In this document: positions 31,562 through 42,177 of the stretch, piece after piece | Numbering within the stretch: the first letter of the stretch is position 1 | Layout: every line of letters begins with the position of its first letter | Assembly (NCBI GenBank): GCA_045047105.1 | Contig: JASFYQ010000048.1 | Location: 1 to 47,841 of the forward strand | Direction: 5' to 3' | Length of the DNA: 47,841 nt | DNA from: Pseudomonadota bacterium | GTDB taxonomy: Bacteria > Pseudomonadota > Gammaproteobacteria > GRL18 | The notes under the pieces: model-generated | What the model was told of the DNA's origin: nothing | The model's database searches: none | What the model saw: only the letters and a program-made list of their open reading frames with translations | Position numbers and translations under genes: made by a program

Positions 31562-31999
31562 TTAACTATTCAGGATTTTATATTGCCCTGGCTGGAACTT
31601 AGCTAATTTCCACTTGTCTATTTGAACTCTAATTAAACGTAAGGTTGGAAATCCTATCGCGGCAGTTATACGTCGAACCTGGCGGTTTTTCCCCTGGCTA
31701 ATAATTAACTCAATCCAGGAAGTTGGAATGTCTTTTCTAACTCGTATTGGAGGAATTCGGTCCGATAAGCCTGGAGCTGGAATAATTTTGGCTTTCGCAG
31801 GGCGGGTTAAACCGTCTTTTAATTTAATACCAAAAGTTAGAATATCAATAGCCTGTTGGTCGATTTCTCCATCAACCTGCAGCCAATAGATTTTTTCCTT
31901 GTGTTCATTTGGATGTGCTATCTGGTGTTGTTGTTTGCCATTACCCGTAAGTAACAATAAGCCCTCGCTATCTTTATCCAATCTTAATAAGAAATCCAT
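31562..31999 (-). CDS. rluE: RluE-like 23S rRNA pseudouridine synthase lacking the N-terminal region of homologs (possibly degenerate)
   Basis: [16 protein letters not shown]…[33 protein letters not shown] aligns with RluE. An in-frame stop lies 11 codons upstream of the Met. About 25 residues between the NKP motif and the RLD motif are absent compared with E. coli and Pseudomonas RluE. Confidence 0.5.
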   Translation of the reverse strand: MDFLLRLDKDSEGLLLLTGNGKQQHQIAHPNEHKEKIYWLQVDGEIDQQAIDILTFGIKLKDGLTRPAKAKIIPAPGLSDRIPPIRVRKDIPTSWIELIISQGKNRQVRRITAAIGFPTLRLIRVQIDKWKLAKFQPGQYKILNS

Positions 32000-32249
32000 A
32001 AAACAGGGTTTATTTTGTATAACTGGAATTTTCTATTTTGACTATTTTACACTTCATTTTAGCTTTTTTCTTTAATCTATTTTTGGATAAATTTAACCTT
32101 TAAAATAAGGACGGTAATATTTAATTATTACTTTTTTCTGCACCTTTCCTTAGTGGATTATAATACATTTTTACTCATTTTCAAGTTCGAATATTGTATT
32201 ATGAGGTTGCTGAACAGTTACTATAATTCTTTGATTTTTATTTTTCATT

Positions 32250-32639
32250 TCACTGAAAGAGACTGTTAAGCCTTATTTTATTGGCTTTCATACGGTAACT
32301 GTGATTTATTACCCCGTTGGGGGACTTAAATCGAATTGCCCCTTGAACCACTGAGGTAAAAGAAGCACCTTCTATTTTTATCCAGTTATTAGCAATAAGC
32401 AAAATAAAAGTTAAAGCCAGAATCCCTAATAATCCAGTTAATACAAAATTAAAACCATCTAAAGAATCCAGTGAGGCGGTGGACAGTTTATATATTAAAA
32501 GAGATGGCATTAGTACATAATAGGTTAGCCTGTCAGCATTTGGCCAAAATCCTTCACTGGGAAATTTTATTTGCCTAAAAAAATATCCTATTAAAATCAG
32601 TGAAAATATAGGTATCAGCGCCGCTATTATATGTTCCAT
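32250..32639 (-). pseudogene. N-terminal fragment of an AEC (auxin-efflux-carrier family) transporter, truncated after about 105 aa
   Basis: MEHIIAALIPIFSLILIGYF…GASFTSVVQGAIRF is a typical AEC N-terminus. The sequence then diverges and stops. I found no continuation in any frame, and there is not enough space for a full gene of about 300 aa. Confidence 0.5.
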
Positions 32640-32655
32640 TTAATTATGCTCTGGC

Positions 32656-34710
32656 TTAGATTAAACCCCCTCTTTTTAATAATGGTTCGGTACTTGGCTG
32701 TTTACCACGAAAACGCTGATAGAGTTGCATAGGATCTTCTGAGCCACCTTTTTCTAATATATTTTCTTTAAAGCTTTGTGCTACTTCCGGGTTAAAAATA
32801 CCCTGCTGCTTAAAATATGCAAATGCATCTGCATCGAGTACTTCTGCCCATTTATAACTATAATAAGCCGATGAGTAGCCACCTGCGAAGATATGTCCAA
32901 ATGAGCAAGACGTATTACCCACTTCCTCTTTTGGATAAAAATCAAATTTTTGCATTTGTTTTTCTTCAAAAGCCTGTACATCTTTAATTTCATCAGGATT
33001 ACTCAGATGCCATTGCATATCTAAATTGGCCAGACTCATCTGCCTTAGTGTGCCAAGCCCTTCCAGAAATTGCTGGCTCTGTTTAATTTTATCCACCAGT
33101 TTCTGGGGAATTGTTTCACCGGTTTGATAATGTTTGGCAAAAAGATCCAGGCATTGTTTTTCCATAACCCAGTTTTCCATAATCTGAGAAGGAAGTTCTA
33201 CAAAATCCCAGAGTACATTAGTTCCAGCGACGGATCGATAAGTTGATTTGGCTAATAAACCATGTAATGCGTGACCAAATTCGTGAAAAAGTGTAAGCAC
33301 TTCATTTAAAGTGAGTAGTGATGGTTTAAGTGCAGTTGGTTTAGTAAAATTACATACAATAGAAACAAAGGGGCGTTTTAGCTCTGCAAATTGTAATCCC
33401 TGATTTCTAAAAGTGGTCATCCATGCACCGGGTCTTTTTTCGCTACGCGGGAAAAAATCTGCATAAAAAAGCCCCAGATAGTCACCATTTTTTTCTTCAA
33501 CCACAAAGGTTTTAACATCCTCATGGTATTTAGGGATATCCTCTTTTTGAATAAACTTTATGCCATATAATTTGCTGGCAATATTAAAAACACCTTCAAT
33601 TACATTCTCTAATTTAAAATATGGTCTTAAAGCTTCATCATCAAAATCTAATTCCTGTTTTTTTAAACGCTCGCTAATCATTGCTGTATCGTACTTTCTA
33701 AAATCATCTTCAGCAAAGATATCTTTATACATGGCCTGCAGCTTATTAAAATCTTGTTGGGCTTTTGTTAAGGACTTGTCCACCAGATCGTTTATAAAGT
33801 TTATTACGGTGTGTGGATTTTTTGCCATTCTTTTTTCTAGTACATAAGAAGGGTGGTCAGCAAAACCCAGTAGTTTGGCTCTCTGGTTACGATATTTAAG
33901 CGTATCAATAATATTTTTTCTATTATCAAATTCACCACTTACCGCTTTAGTTGAAGCAGCCTGCCACATTTTTTTTCTTAGTTTACGGTTTTGGCAATAT
34001 TGCATAAAGGGTAAATAACTGGGAAAATCTAAGGTGAAAGCCCATTGTTGTTGATCGCTTATGGTTTCATCTGTAGATTCTTTTTTTGCTTTGGCGGTTT
34101 CTTTTGCTGCTTCAATAACGCCTTCCGGCATACCTTTTAAGTCGTCTTTATTATTTATGTATAGAGTAAAGGCATTATTTGCTTTTCTTACATTTTCAGA
34201 GAAATTAAGATTTAATTTTGCTAATTGCTGGTCAATTTCACGCAGTTTAGTTTTATCATCTTCATTTAATAAGGCTCCATTTCGTGTAAAGTCCTGGTAT
34301 GCATTGTCTAATACGGTTTTTTGTTCGGGTGATAAATCCAGGCTGTCTTTTTTATTATAAACCGCTGCTATTTTGGCAAATAATTCGCTATCTAGACTAA
34401 CATCACTGGAATATTGAGTTAGTTTTTCATTAAACTCTTCGGCAATTGCAGATAATGCTTCGGTGCAGTGGGCGCTATAAAGTGAAAAGAATATTTCTGC
34501 AATTTGCTCTAGTCTGTCGGAAGACGTTTCTTTTGCAACTATAATACTTTCAAAGTTCGCTTCTTTTTCTGCTTTAATTTTTTCTATATTGCTATGCGCC
34601 AGCTGGATTGATTCAGTCAGAGCGGGAATAAAGTGTTGTTCCTTAATGGCGTTAAAATCTATGGCTTCATAAGCAAGCTTTGAGTTTTGTAATAATGGAT
34701 TTGTATGCAT
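32656..34710 (-). CDS. M3-family zinc oligopeptidase (OpdA/Dcp-like)
   Basis: HEFGHALH zinc motif, a length of 684 aa, and overall similarity to E. coli Dcp/PrlC. Confidence 0.85.
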   Translation of the reverse strand: MHTNPLLQNSKLAYEAIDFNAIKEQHFIPALTESIQLAHSNIEKIKAEKEANFESIIVAKETSSDRLEQIAEIFFSLYSAHCTEALSAIAEEFNEKLTQYSSDVSLDSELFAKIAAVYNKKDSLDLSPEQKTVLDNAYQDFTRNGALLNEDDKTKLREIDQQLAKLNLNFSENVRKANNAFTLYINNKDDLKGMPEGVIEAAKETAKAKKESTDETISDQQQWAFTLDFPSYLPFMQYCQNRKLRKKMWQAASTKAVSGEFDNRKNIIDTLKYRNQRAKLLGFADHPSYVLEKRMAKNPHTVINFINDLVDKSLTKAQQDFNKLQAMYKDIFAEDDFRKYDTAMISERLKKQELDFDDEALRPYFKLENVIEGVFNIASKLYGIKFIQKEDIPKYHEDVKTFVVEEKNGDYLGLFYADFFPRSEKRPGAWMTTFRNQGLQFAELKRPFVSIVCNFTKPTALKPSLLTLNEVLTLFHEFGHALHGLLAKSTYRSVAGTNVLWDFVELPSQIMENWVMEKQCLDLFAKHYQTGETIPQKLVDKIKQSQQFLEGLGTLRQMSLANLDMQWHLSNPDEIKDVQAFEEKQMQKFDFYPKEEVGNTSCSFGHIFAGGYSSAYYSYKWAEVLDADAFAYFKQQGIFNPEVAQSFKENILEKGGSEDPMQLYQRFRGKQPSTEPLLKRGGLI

Positions 34711-34931
34711 GTTTTATAGTCTTTTAGTTTTGCGTGATTTTAGTTTTATATCGTTATTAAATTAATTTTTTAAAGTAACTTTTTAATAATTAGTAAGTCA
34801 AAATAATTGAGTAATTGCTTATAATGCTAATGCTAATGCTAATTGATAAGGTAAAAACATAGGAATATGAATATGTTACGAGTGTATTTTAAGTTGTTTG
34901 GATTATAGCTAAAGTGATAAGCAGGTGTGAT

Positions 34932-35690
34932 TTAAAACTTTAATTTATACTCAGTAGCAGTACATCCAAAAAAATTCTTAAAGCGATTACAAAAGTGGCT
35001 GGGGGTATTAAAACCCAGATCGTAACTGATAGTGGTGATTGACTCTCCATTTTTAATTCTTTCTGCGGCACGTTTTAAGCGCAGTTGTTGTTGTAATTCC
35101 ACTGGTGAGCAGCCGAGCTGCTCCTTAAATATAACATATAGGCGGCTTCTGCTCATACAGGAATGTTTGCATAGCTTATCAATTTCAAGTGGTTTAGATA
35201 AGCTACCATTAATCCAGTCAAGAGCAGCAATTAAACCATTGGTTTTTGGATTTTTAATGCTATGGCGTATTAAAAATTCTCTGGTGTTATGGCGTAACAT
35301 ACGAACAATTAATTCTGAAACCAGTAAATCAATTAATAGGTTTCTATCGGGATGGTTTTCAGTGAATAAGAGGGTCAGTTGATTGAGCAAAGACTGTGTT
35401 TCGCTGGAATGATGGGTGTGTAAAACAGGGAACGAGCTGCCAGGTTGCCATTGGCTGTCATGCGCCAGGTCTGGCATAGAATCATACATTTTTTCATGTA
35501 TATTGGTAACTTTTTCTTTTGCAATTTCAACCGTTAAGCAGGTTGTTGGTTTATTTAATGCAGCAGTAGGGAAATCAATTTCTATGGTTTCTCCAGGGGC
35601 TATAACAAAACTTTCATGAGGTAAAAATACCTGGCCAAAGGCATCATTTTGACTGCTTTGATAGTGCATTATTTTTTTACCTGTAACCAT
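34932..35690 (-). CDS. AraC/XylS-family transcriptional regulator
   Basis: C-terminal double helix-turn-helix (…RLYVIFKEQLGCSPVELQQQLRLKRAAERI…GFNTPSHFCNRFKNFFGCTATEY). Divergent from the aldB-like gene. Confidence 0.75.
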   Translation of the reverse strand: MVTGKKIMHYQSSQNDAFGQVFLPHESFVIAPGETIEIDFPTAALNKPTTCLTVEIAKEKVTNIHEKMYDSMPDLAHDSQWQPGSSFPVLHTHHSSETQSLLNQLTLLFTENHPDRNLLIDLLVSELIVRMLRHNTREFLIRHSIKNPKTNGLIAALDWINGSLSKPLEIDKLCKHSCMSRSRLYVIFKEQLGCSPVELQQQLRLKRAAERIKNGESITTISYDLGFNTPSHFCNRFKNFFGCTATEYKLKF

Positions 35691-36115
35691 ACCACAAAGT
35701 AGTAATTCACCTGCGTCCAGGCGTACTCGTTTAGCTTGTTGATAAGTATCATAGATACTTACTTCTGAATCGGGGCCAGCAAAACTAATTTTATTTTCAA
35801 TTAATACTTGTGGTGAACGTATTTTTTTTTGATGTTTGCATTTCTTTGTGCTACTTTTATATAAATAATAAGTAGTTTATTAACAGCGATTTACACCTAC
35901 TATATTAAATATATGGACTCAGGGCTAACTACTTAGGATTCTGGTACAATTTATTTTTTAAACAAAGCGGTAAATTGTATTTTGTTTAATTACTGTCCTT
36001 AATCGCAAAAGTATAACGTATAGAATTCTTTTATTCCATAGTCAAAAAAATAGTTATATAACGGGGACTTGAATTTTATAATTAATTAATTAATTCATAT
36101 CAAAGGAGACAAAAT

Positions 36116-37612
36116 ATGTCTGATAAAGCATATAATTTTAAAGAGCAATATGAAAACTTTATTGGTGGTAAATGGGTTGCCCCTGTTGATGGAGAATATT
36201 TTGAAAATATCTCTCCCATTTCTGGTGAAGTCATCAATAGTGTAGCGCGTTCAACCAGCAAAGATATTGATCTGGCGGTTGAAGCTGCATGGGATGCTGC
36301 TACAGCATGGGGTAAAACTTCTGTAACAGAAAGAAGTAATATGTTGCTTAAAATTGCAGATGTAATGGAACAAAATCTTGATGCAATAGCAACTGCTGAA
36401 GCCTGCGATAATGGTAAGGCGATTAGAGAAACCATGGCGGCAGATATTCCATTAGCAATTGATCACTTTAGATACTTTGCGGGTGTTATTCGTGGTGAAT
36501 CAGGTGATATTGCTGATCTGGATGCTAATACTGTCTCTATGGAAGTACATGAGCCTCTTGGAGTAGTAGGGCAGATTATTCCCTGGAACTTCCCTATCTT
36601 AATGGCAACATGGAAACTTGCTCCAGCACTGGCTGCGGGTAATTGTGTAGTGCTTAAACCTGCCGAGCAAACACCTGCATCTATTTTGGTGTTAATGGAA
36701 TTTATTCAAGATATATTACCCGCAGGTGTGTTAAATGTGGTTAATGGATTTGGTCTGGAAGCAGGCAAACCACTTGCAACACATCCAGATATTCGTAAAG
36801 TTGCATTTACAGGTGAAACCACCACCGGGCGTTTGATTATGCAATACGCTTCTGAAAATATTATTCCAGTTACTTTAGAGTTAGGTGGAAAATCTCCGAA
36901 TATTTTCTTAGAAAGCATTATGGATGCGGATGATGCATTTTTCGATAAAGCGATAGAAGGCTTGGTTTTGTTTGCCTTTAATCAGGGTGAAGTGTGTACC
37001 TGTCCATCGCGTGCATTAATTCAGGAAAGTATTTATGACGCCTTTATTGCACGTTGTCTAGAAAGAGTTGCGGCTATAAAAATGGGTGATACATTAGATC
37101 CTGATACCATGATGGGAGCTCAGGTTTCAAATGATCAATATGAAAAAATCTTAAATTATATTGAGATAGGTAAAGCGGAAGGAGCAGAAGTTTTATGTGG
37201 TGGTGGAGCCTATAAAAATGAGACTTATCCAAATGGTTACTATATTCAACCTACTTTACTGAAGGGTGATAATAGTATGCGTATATTCCAGGAAGAAATC
37301 TTTGGACCGGTATTATGTGTAACAACATTTAAAGATGAAGAAGAAGCATTACAAATAGCCAATGATACTATGTATGGTTTAGGTGCCGGTGTGTGGACCA
37401 GAGATATTCATCAAATGCAGACCTTTACCCGAGGAATTGAGGCGGGTCGAGTTTGGGGTAATTGTTATCACTTATATCCTGCTCATGCTTCTTTTGGTGG
37501 TCAGAAAAAATCAGGTATTGGCCGTGAAACGCATAAAATGATGTTAAATCATTATCGTAAAACTAAAAACATACTGATGTCTTATGATAAAAATAAATTA
37601 GGTTTTTTCTAG
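36116..37612 (+). CDS. aldB: NAD-dependent aldehyde dehydrogenase (AldB-like)
   Basis: Very high similarity to E. coli AldB throughout (…GKSPNIFF…[20 protein letters not shown]…). Confidence 0.9.
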   Translation: MSDKAYNFKEQYENFIGGKWVAPVDGEYFENISPISGEVINSVARSTSKDIDLAVEAAWDAATAWGKTSVTERSNMLLKIADVMEQNLDAIATAEACDNGKAIRETMAADIPLAIDHFRYFAGVIRGESGDIADLDANTVSMEVHEPLGVVGQIIPWNFPILMATWKLAPALAAGNCVVLKPAEQTPASILVLMEFIQDILPAGVLNVVNGFGLEAGKPLATHPDIRKVAFTGETTTGRLIMQYASENIIPVTLELGGKSPNIFLESIMDADDAFFDKAIEGLVLFAFNQGEVCTCPSRALIQESIYDAFIARCLERVAAIKMGDTLDPDTMMGAQVSNDQYEKILNYIEIGKAEGAEVLCGGGAYKNETYPNGYYIQPTLLKGDNSMRIFQEEIFGPVLCVTTFKDEEEALQIANDTMYGLGAGVWTRDIHQMQTFTRGIEAGRVWGNCYHLYPAHASFGGQKKSGIGRETHKMMLNHYRKTKNILMSYDKNKLGFF

Positions 37613-37637
37613 GCTAAAATTTATTTTATCTATTAAA

Positions 37638-37685
37638 ATTGCTATAAGCTTGTTTATTTAACATATCCTTATAGCAATTTTTTTA
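37638..37685 (+). terminator. Long-loop hairpin plus a T-run between aldB and the DUF779 gene
   Basis: ATTGCTATAAG…(19 nt)…CTTATAGCAAT, an 11-bp perfect stem followed by TTTTTTT. Confidence 0.45.
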
Positions 37686-37706
37686 TTTTACCTAGAGGAA
37701 AATAAA

Positions 37707-38084
37707 ATGACTTCAGAACAGTATAGTGAACGTGTTGATGTAACTGATAAAGCTAAGGATGTTATCGACCAACTCCGAGATAAACATGGTGAGCTAATGT
37801 TTCATCAAAGTGGTGGTTGTTGTGATGGCTCCGCTCCCATGTGTTTTGTAGTGGGTGAATTTATGCTCGGTTCTCGAGATGTTATGTTGGGTAAAATTCA
37901 CGGTTGTGAGTTTTATATGGCAGCCGACCAGTTTGAATTTTGGAAAAATACCCATTTAACCATTGATGTTACAGAAGGCCGAGGGGCCAGTTTCTCTCTG
38001 GAGATTCCACTGGGTTTACGCTTTATGACTGTTTCTCGGTTATTTACTGATGCAGAACTAGCGAATTTACGTCCTACTCAATAA
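37707..38084 (+). CDS. DUF779-domain protein (an aldehyde-dehydrogenase-associated gene)
   Basis: 125 aa with …HQSGGCCDGSAPMCF…, characteristic of DUF779, which commonly follows aldB-type genes. Confidence 0.7.
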   Translation: MTSEQYSERVDVTDKAKDVIDQLRDKHGELMFHQSGGCCDGSAPMCFVVGEFMLGSRDVMLGKIHGCEFYMAADQFEFWKNTHLTIDVTEGRGASFSLEIPLGLRFMTVSRLFTDAELANLRPTQ

Positions 38085-38214
38085 ACACCTTAGCTCTTTC
38101 CTGCAGATATAATAGTTTCTACTCTTTTAAATAAATTATTCAGTAGCAAGCTCTTTGTTTTCTTTTTTTTAGAATATGCTAAAATTAAATTAGACTAATT
38201 TAAAGAGAATAGGG

Positions 38215-39150
38215 ATGTTAAAAAACAGGTTAAAAAAAACGCATTTAATACTTATTGCTTTTCTGTTGGTATTTTTTTCTATAAATACAATTGCAGAATC
38301 TATTTCCTCAGTACAGGCTGTAGCGGCACACAATAATGTGCGCACAAAGGTAAATAATGGAAATTATTCAAATCAGCCTATTGCAAAGCCTTCATTATTG
38401 GATTTGGTCTGGGATCCTAATTTAGCTGATTCTGCTCAGTTATATGCAAATCAATGCATATGGCAGCATAGTTCCAATCGGATACATACCGGTGAAAATT
38501 TGTATGTGGCAGCTTCCAGTAATTCGGAACAGGTGTTTACTATTGAACAAGCAGTAGATAGCTGGGCAGGGGAGTTTGTAGATTATGATTTTAATAATAA
38601 TAGCTGTGGTGCGAATAAAATGTGCGGACATTATACCCAACTGGTCTGGCAAGATACCTTACAAGTGGGCTGTGCCGCTGCACAATGTAATCCTATAAAG
38701 GCACCAGATGGAAGCTCTTTATTTTCCTCCGATTTTCCATTTAGTACTTACATTGTCTGCCAATATGGTCCTGCGGGTAATTTAACTGGGGTACCACCCT
38801 ATGAAACAGAAGGTAGTGATAGCACATTATTATCTCAATATGATTTTTCAACACAAGTACTTGAAGTTCCTTATTTATTATTTCACCAAACCGATAGCAA
38901 CTTTGTAGTAGCATATAAGGCAAGTTTTAAGTTATTTTCTAGCGATCCCATAGTGTTAAAATTAACTAATGTCACTAAGGTTAACTATTTAGATCTTTTC
39001 TATAGTGATAGTTATGATCAAAATACAAGGCAATTATTTTTATCTAATATGCAATTATATAATCAGGGTGTTTTACAGTCATCACATGCTAGCGTATTAA
39101 AGTTTGTATCTGGCTCAGCTGATTTACTTGAACTAAAGTCCTTTCGGTAG
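38215..39150 (+). CDS. Secreted CAP/SCP/PR-1-like domain protein with a C-terminal extension of about 150 aa
   Basis: Signal peptide, then HNNVR… and GHYTQLVWQDTLQVGCA (the CAP signature GHYTQVVW). Confidence 0.6.
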   Translation: MLKNRLKKTHLILIAFLLVFFSINTIAESISSVQAVAAHNNVRTKVNNGNYSNQPIAKPSLLDLVWDPNLADSAQLYANQCIWQHSSNRIHTGENLYVAASSNSEQVFTIEQAVDSWAGEFVDYDFNNNSCGANKMCGHYTQLVWQDTLQVGCAAAQCNPIKAPDGSSLFSSDFPFSTYIVCQYGPAGNLTGVPPYETEGSDSTLLSQYDFSTQVLEVPYLLFHQTDSNFVVAYKASFKLFSSDPIVLKLTNVTKVNYLDLFYSDSYDQNTRQLFLSNMQLYNQGVLQSSHASVLKFVSGSADLLELKSFR

Positions 39151-39436
39151 CATATTATCTATATAGTAAAGGCAAAAGCCTAATTGCTAATGCCTCTGTC
39201 CATTGAATAATAATAATTAATTTAAATAATTATTTCGTTCGTCAATATATAAATATATGAAACATTTTTTATTTATATTTTAAAGTTTAACTTTTTTTAA
39301 TAACTTAACTTGCATACTTATATTCTTAAATAAGCTTAACAATAAATAAGTCAACCTTTAGTTTTCTGAAATTTGCCCTTATAATTAGATTAGGGAATAA
39401 TTTTAATATACATAAAAAACAGGTGTTTTAAGTAAA

Positions 39437-39748
39437 ATGTCAGATCATGAAATCGGTCATGAAGAGCAAGTAGAAACCGCAAAGCCAAAATTCAAAAAAC
39501 CACGTATGTACAAGGTTGTTTTGAATAATGACGATTATACTCCAATGGAATTTGTTGTTTATATATTGGAAAATTTTTTTACCATGGACAGGGCTAAGGC
39601 TACACGCGTTATGATGCAGGTTCATAATGAGGGCAAAGGCTTATGTGGTGTTTTTAGTCGTGATATTGCTGAAACCAAAGTGAATCAGGTCAATGAGTTT
39701 GCCAGACAAAATGAACATCCATTGTTATGCAGTTTGGATGTGGCTTAG
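39437..39748 (+). CDS. clpS: ATP-dependent Clp protease adaptor ClpS
   Basis: …[23 protein letters not shown]…[36 protein letters not shown]. Confidence 0.9.
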   Translation: MSDHEIGHEEQVETAKPKFKKPRMYKVVLNNDDYTPMEFVVYILENFFTMDRAKATRVMMQVHNEGKGLCGVFSRDIAETKVNQVNEFARQNEHPLLCSLDVA

Positions 39749-39808
39749 TTTGAAAGACCTATTATTTTGGAACCAATTATTAAAAACCTAGTTTTTAAGG
39801 ATATATCT

Positions 39809-42076
39809 ATGTTAAGTAAAGAATTAGAGTTTAGTTTAAATATGGCTTTTCGCGATGCACGCGAAAAGCGTCATGAGTTTATGACTGTTGAGCATTTATT
39901 ACTCTCTTTGTTGGACAATCCCAATGCACAAAATGCCTTGATTGCTTGTGATGCTAATGTCGAGCTACTTAAAAATGAGTTGATGCTTTTTATTGAAGAA
40001 TCTACCCCTTTACTCCCAGAAGAAGATAAAAAAGAAACTCAGCCTACTCTGGGATTTCAACGTGTTTTACAGCGAGCAATTTTTCAGGCTCAGGCATCTG
40101 AACAACAAGAAGTAAATGGTGCGAATGTTCTAGTTGCAATTTTTAATGAACAGGAATCCCAGGCTGTTTACTTATTGCACCAGCAAAATATTGCAAGAAT
40201 TGATATTGTTTCTTATATCTCTCACGGTGATGGTGGTGATGAAGAGCTCTCAGAAAATCAGGAGCAAAAACATACTCAGGGAGCGGTTGAGGATAAAAAT
40301 CAGGATCCTCTGCAACTGTATACTACTAATTTGAATGAGAAATCAAAAAAAGGAAAAATTGATCCACTTATTGGTCGTAATAAAGAAATTTTACGCACCA
40401 TACAAATTTTATGTCGTCGCAGAAAAAATAATCCACTTTTTGTTGGTGAAGCAGGTGTGGGGAAAACTGCTTTGGCCGAAGGTCTAGCTAAAAAAATTGT
40501 AGATGGGGACATTCCTGAAGTACTTCAGGATAGTGTTATCTATTCCTTGGATCTGGGTGCTTTATTAGCCGGTACCAAATATCGGGGAGATTTTGAAAAA
40601 CGGTTAAAAGCCGTACTTAAACAATTAGATACTATTCCAGACTCCATTTTATTTATTGATGAAATTCATACCATTATTGGTGCGGGTTCCACATCTGGTG
40701 GAGTAATGGATGCTTCAAATTTAATTAAACCGGCATTATCCAGTGGAGAGCTTCGTTGTATTGGCTCTACCACATATCAGGAATACCGTGGTGTATTTGA
40801 AAAAGATCATGCTTTAGCACGACGTTTTCAAAAAATTGATGTGGATGAGCCTTCAGCAGATGAAACATTTAAAATTTTACAAGGTTTACAGTCTCGTTTT
40901 GAAGAACACCATGGAATTAAATACACCAAAGAAGCTTTAAAAACTGCTGCGGAACTTTCTCATCGCTTTATTAATGATCGTCATTTACCGGATAAGGCTA
41001 TAGATGTAATAGATGAAGCAGGTGCTAATCAACAGATTAAACCCGTATCTAAGCGCAAAAAAACTATTGGTGTAAAAGAAATTGAGAGCATCGTTTCCAG
41101 TATTGCTAGAATTCCTACTAAAACTGTTTCAAGCGATGATAAGCAGGTGCTTAAAACTCTGGGGCGTAACCTTAAACTGGTTATCTTTGGTCAGGATAAG
41201 GCTATTAATAGCTTAGACGATGCAATAAAAATGACACGTGCAGGCATTGGACGAGAAGATAAACCGATTGGTTCATTTTTATTCTCTGGTCCTACAGGTG
41301 TTGGTAAAACAGAAGTTTCCAAGCAATTGGCATACATTCTGGGGATTGAGTTAATACGCTTTGATATGTCAGAATATATGGAACGCCATACGGTATCCCG
41401 TCTTATTGGCGCACCTCCTGGTTATGTTGGTTATGATCAGGGTGGTTTATTAACCGAAGCGGTAACAAAAAATCCACATGCGGTAATACTATTAGATGAG
41501 ATTGAAAAGGCGCATCCAGATGTATTTAATATTTTATTACAGGTAATGGACCATGGTACTTTAACGGATAATAATGGCAGAAAAGCAGATTTCCGCAATA
41601 TTATTCTAATAATGACTACCAATATGGGTGCAGAGGCCTTAACCCGTAAATCCATTGGTTTTACCGAGCAGGATCATAGTAGTGATGGTATGGAAGCAAT
41701 TAAACGAGGCTTTAGCCCTGAGTTTAGAAATCGTCTGGATGCCATTGTTCAATTTGATAACTTAAGCAAAGATACTATGATAAATGTAGTTAATAAGTTT
41801 ATGGTTGAGTTAGAGACACAATTAAACGATAAAAAAGTTGACCTTAATGTCGATGATAAAGCCAGAGAATGGCTGGCAGAAAAAGGCTATGATAAAACTA
41901 TGGGTGCTAGACCTATGACTCGCTTAATTAAAGAAAAAATCAAAAAAGAATTAGCTAATGCTCTATTATTTGGTGAATTAGTTGATGGTGGAAGTGTCTT
42001 TGTAAGTGTAGAAAATGATAAATTAAGCTTTAAATTAGTCTCAAAGCATAAGGAAGCAGAAAATATAACTCCTTAG
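39809..42076 (+). CDS. clpA: ATP-dependent Clp protease ATP-binding subunit ClpA
   Basis: MLSKELEFSLNMAFRDAREKRHEFMTVEHLLLSLL matches the ClpA N-terminus. Two AAA+ modules are present (GEAGVGKTA and SGPTGVGKTE). Start placed at ATG 39809 with AAGGA at 7 nt. Confidence 0.9.
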   Translation: MLSKELEFSLNMAFRDAREKRHEFMTVEHLLLSLLDNPNAQNALIACDANVELLKNELMLFIEESTPLLPEEDKKETQPTLGFQRVLQRAIFQAQASEQQEVNGANVLVAIFNEQESQAVYLLHQQNIARIDIVSYISHGDGGDEELSENQEQKHTQGAVEDKNQDPLQLYTTNLNEKSKKGKIDPLIGRNKEILRTIQILCRRRKNNPLFVGEAGVGKTALAEGLAKKIVDGDIPEVLQDSVIYSLDLGALLAGTKYRGDFEKRLKAVLKQLDTIPDSILFIDEIHTIIGAGSTSGGVMDASNLIKPALSSGELRCIGSTTYQEYRGVFEKDHALARRFQKIDVDEPSADETFKILQGLQSRFEEHHGIKYTKEALKTAAELSHRFINDRHLPDKAIDVIDEAGANQQIKPVSKRKKTIGVKEIESIVSSIARIPTKTVSSDDKQVLKTLGRNLKLVIFGQDKAINSLDDAIKMTRAGIGREDKPIGSFLFSGPTGVGKTEVSKQLAYILGIELIRFDMSEYMERHTVSRLIGAPPGYVGYDQGGLLTEAVTKNPHAVILLDEIEKAHPDVFNILLQVMDHGTLTDNNGRKADFRNIILIMTTNMGAEALTRKSIGFTEQDHSSDGMEAIKRGFSPEFRNRLDAIVQFDNLSKDTMINVVNKFMVELETQLNDKKVDLNVDDKAREWLAEKGYDKTMGARPMTRLIKEKIKKELANALLFGELVDGGSVFVSVENDKLSFKLVSKHKEAENITP

Positions 42077-42115
42077 GTTCGAGGCTCGTATCGAATAGCT
42101 AATGTTTTATCTAAC

Positions 42116-42155
42116 TAACAAGCCACATGCTAAGTTCTGAGTATGTGGCTTGTTA
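42116..42155. terminator. 13-bp perfect inverted repeat TAACAAGCCACAT…ATGTGGCTTGTTA with a 14-nt loop between the convergent clpA and zwf genes
   Basis: Read from sequence. The flanks are only modestly T/A-rich. Confidence 0.35.
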
Positions 42156-42177
42156 GTTTATAGGTATTGCTCAATTG

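Noticed and set aside
34821-34843. aatgct hexamer repeated about 3.5 times upstream of the M3 peptidase gene
   Set aside because: It is too short and low-complexity to interpret. It is probably simple slippage in a promoter region.
35691-35921. Stop-free stretch of about 76 codons upstream of the AraC regulator start
   Set aside because: It contains no ATG, GTG or TTG in frame. It is likely a chance open frame in AT-rich DNA rather than a longer protein.
39151-39436. Short ORFs (7-8 codons) in AT-rich spacers, for example MKHFLFIF upstream of clpS
   Set aside because: They have no RBS and are expected by chance in AT-rich sequence. Nothing supports a leader peptide.
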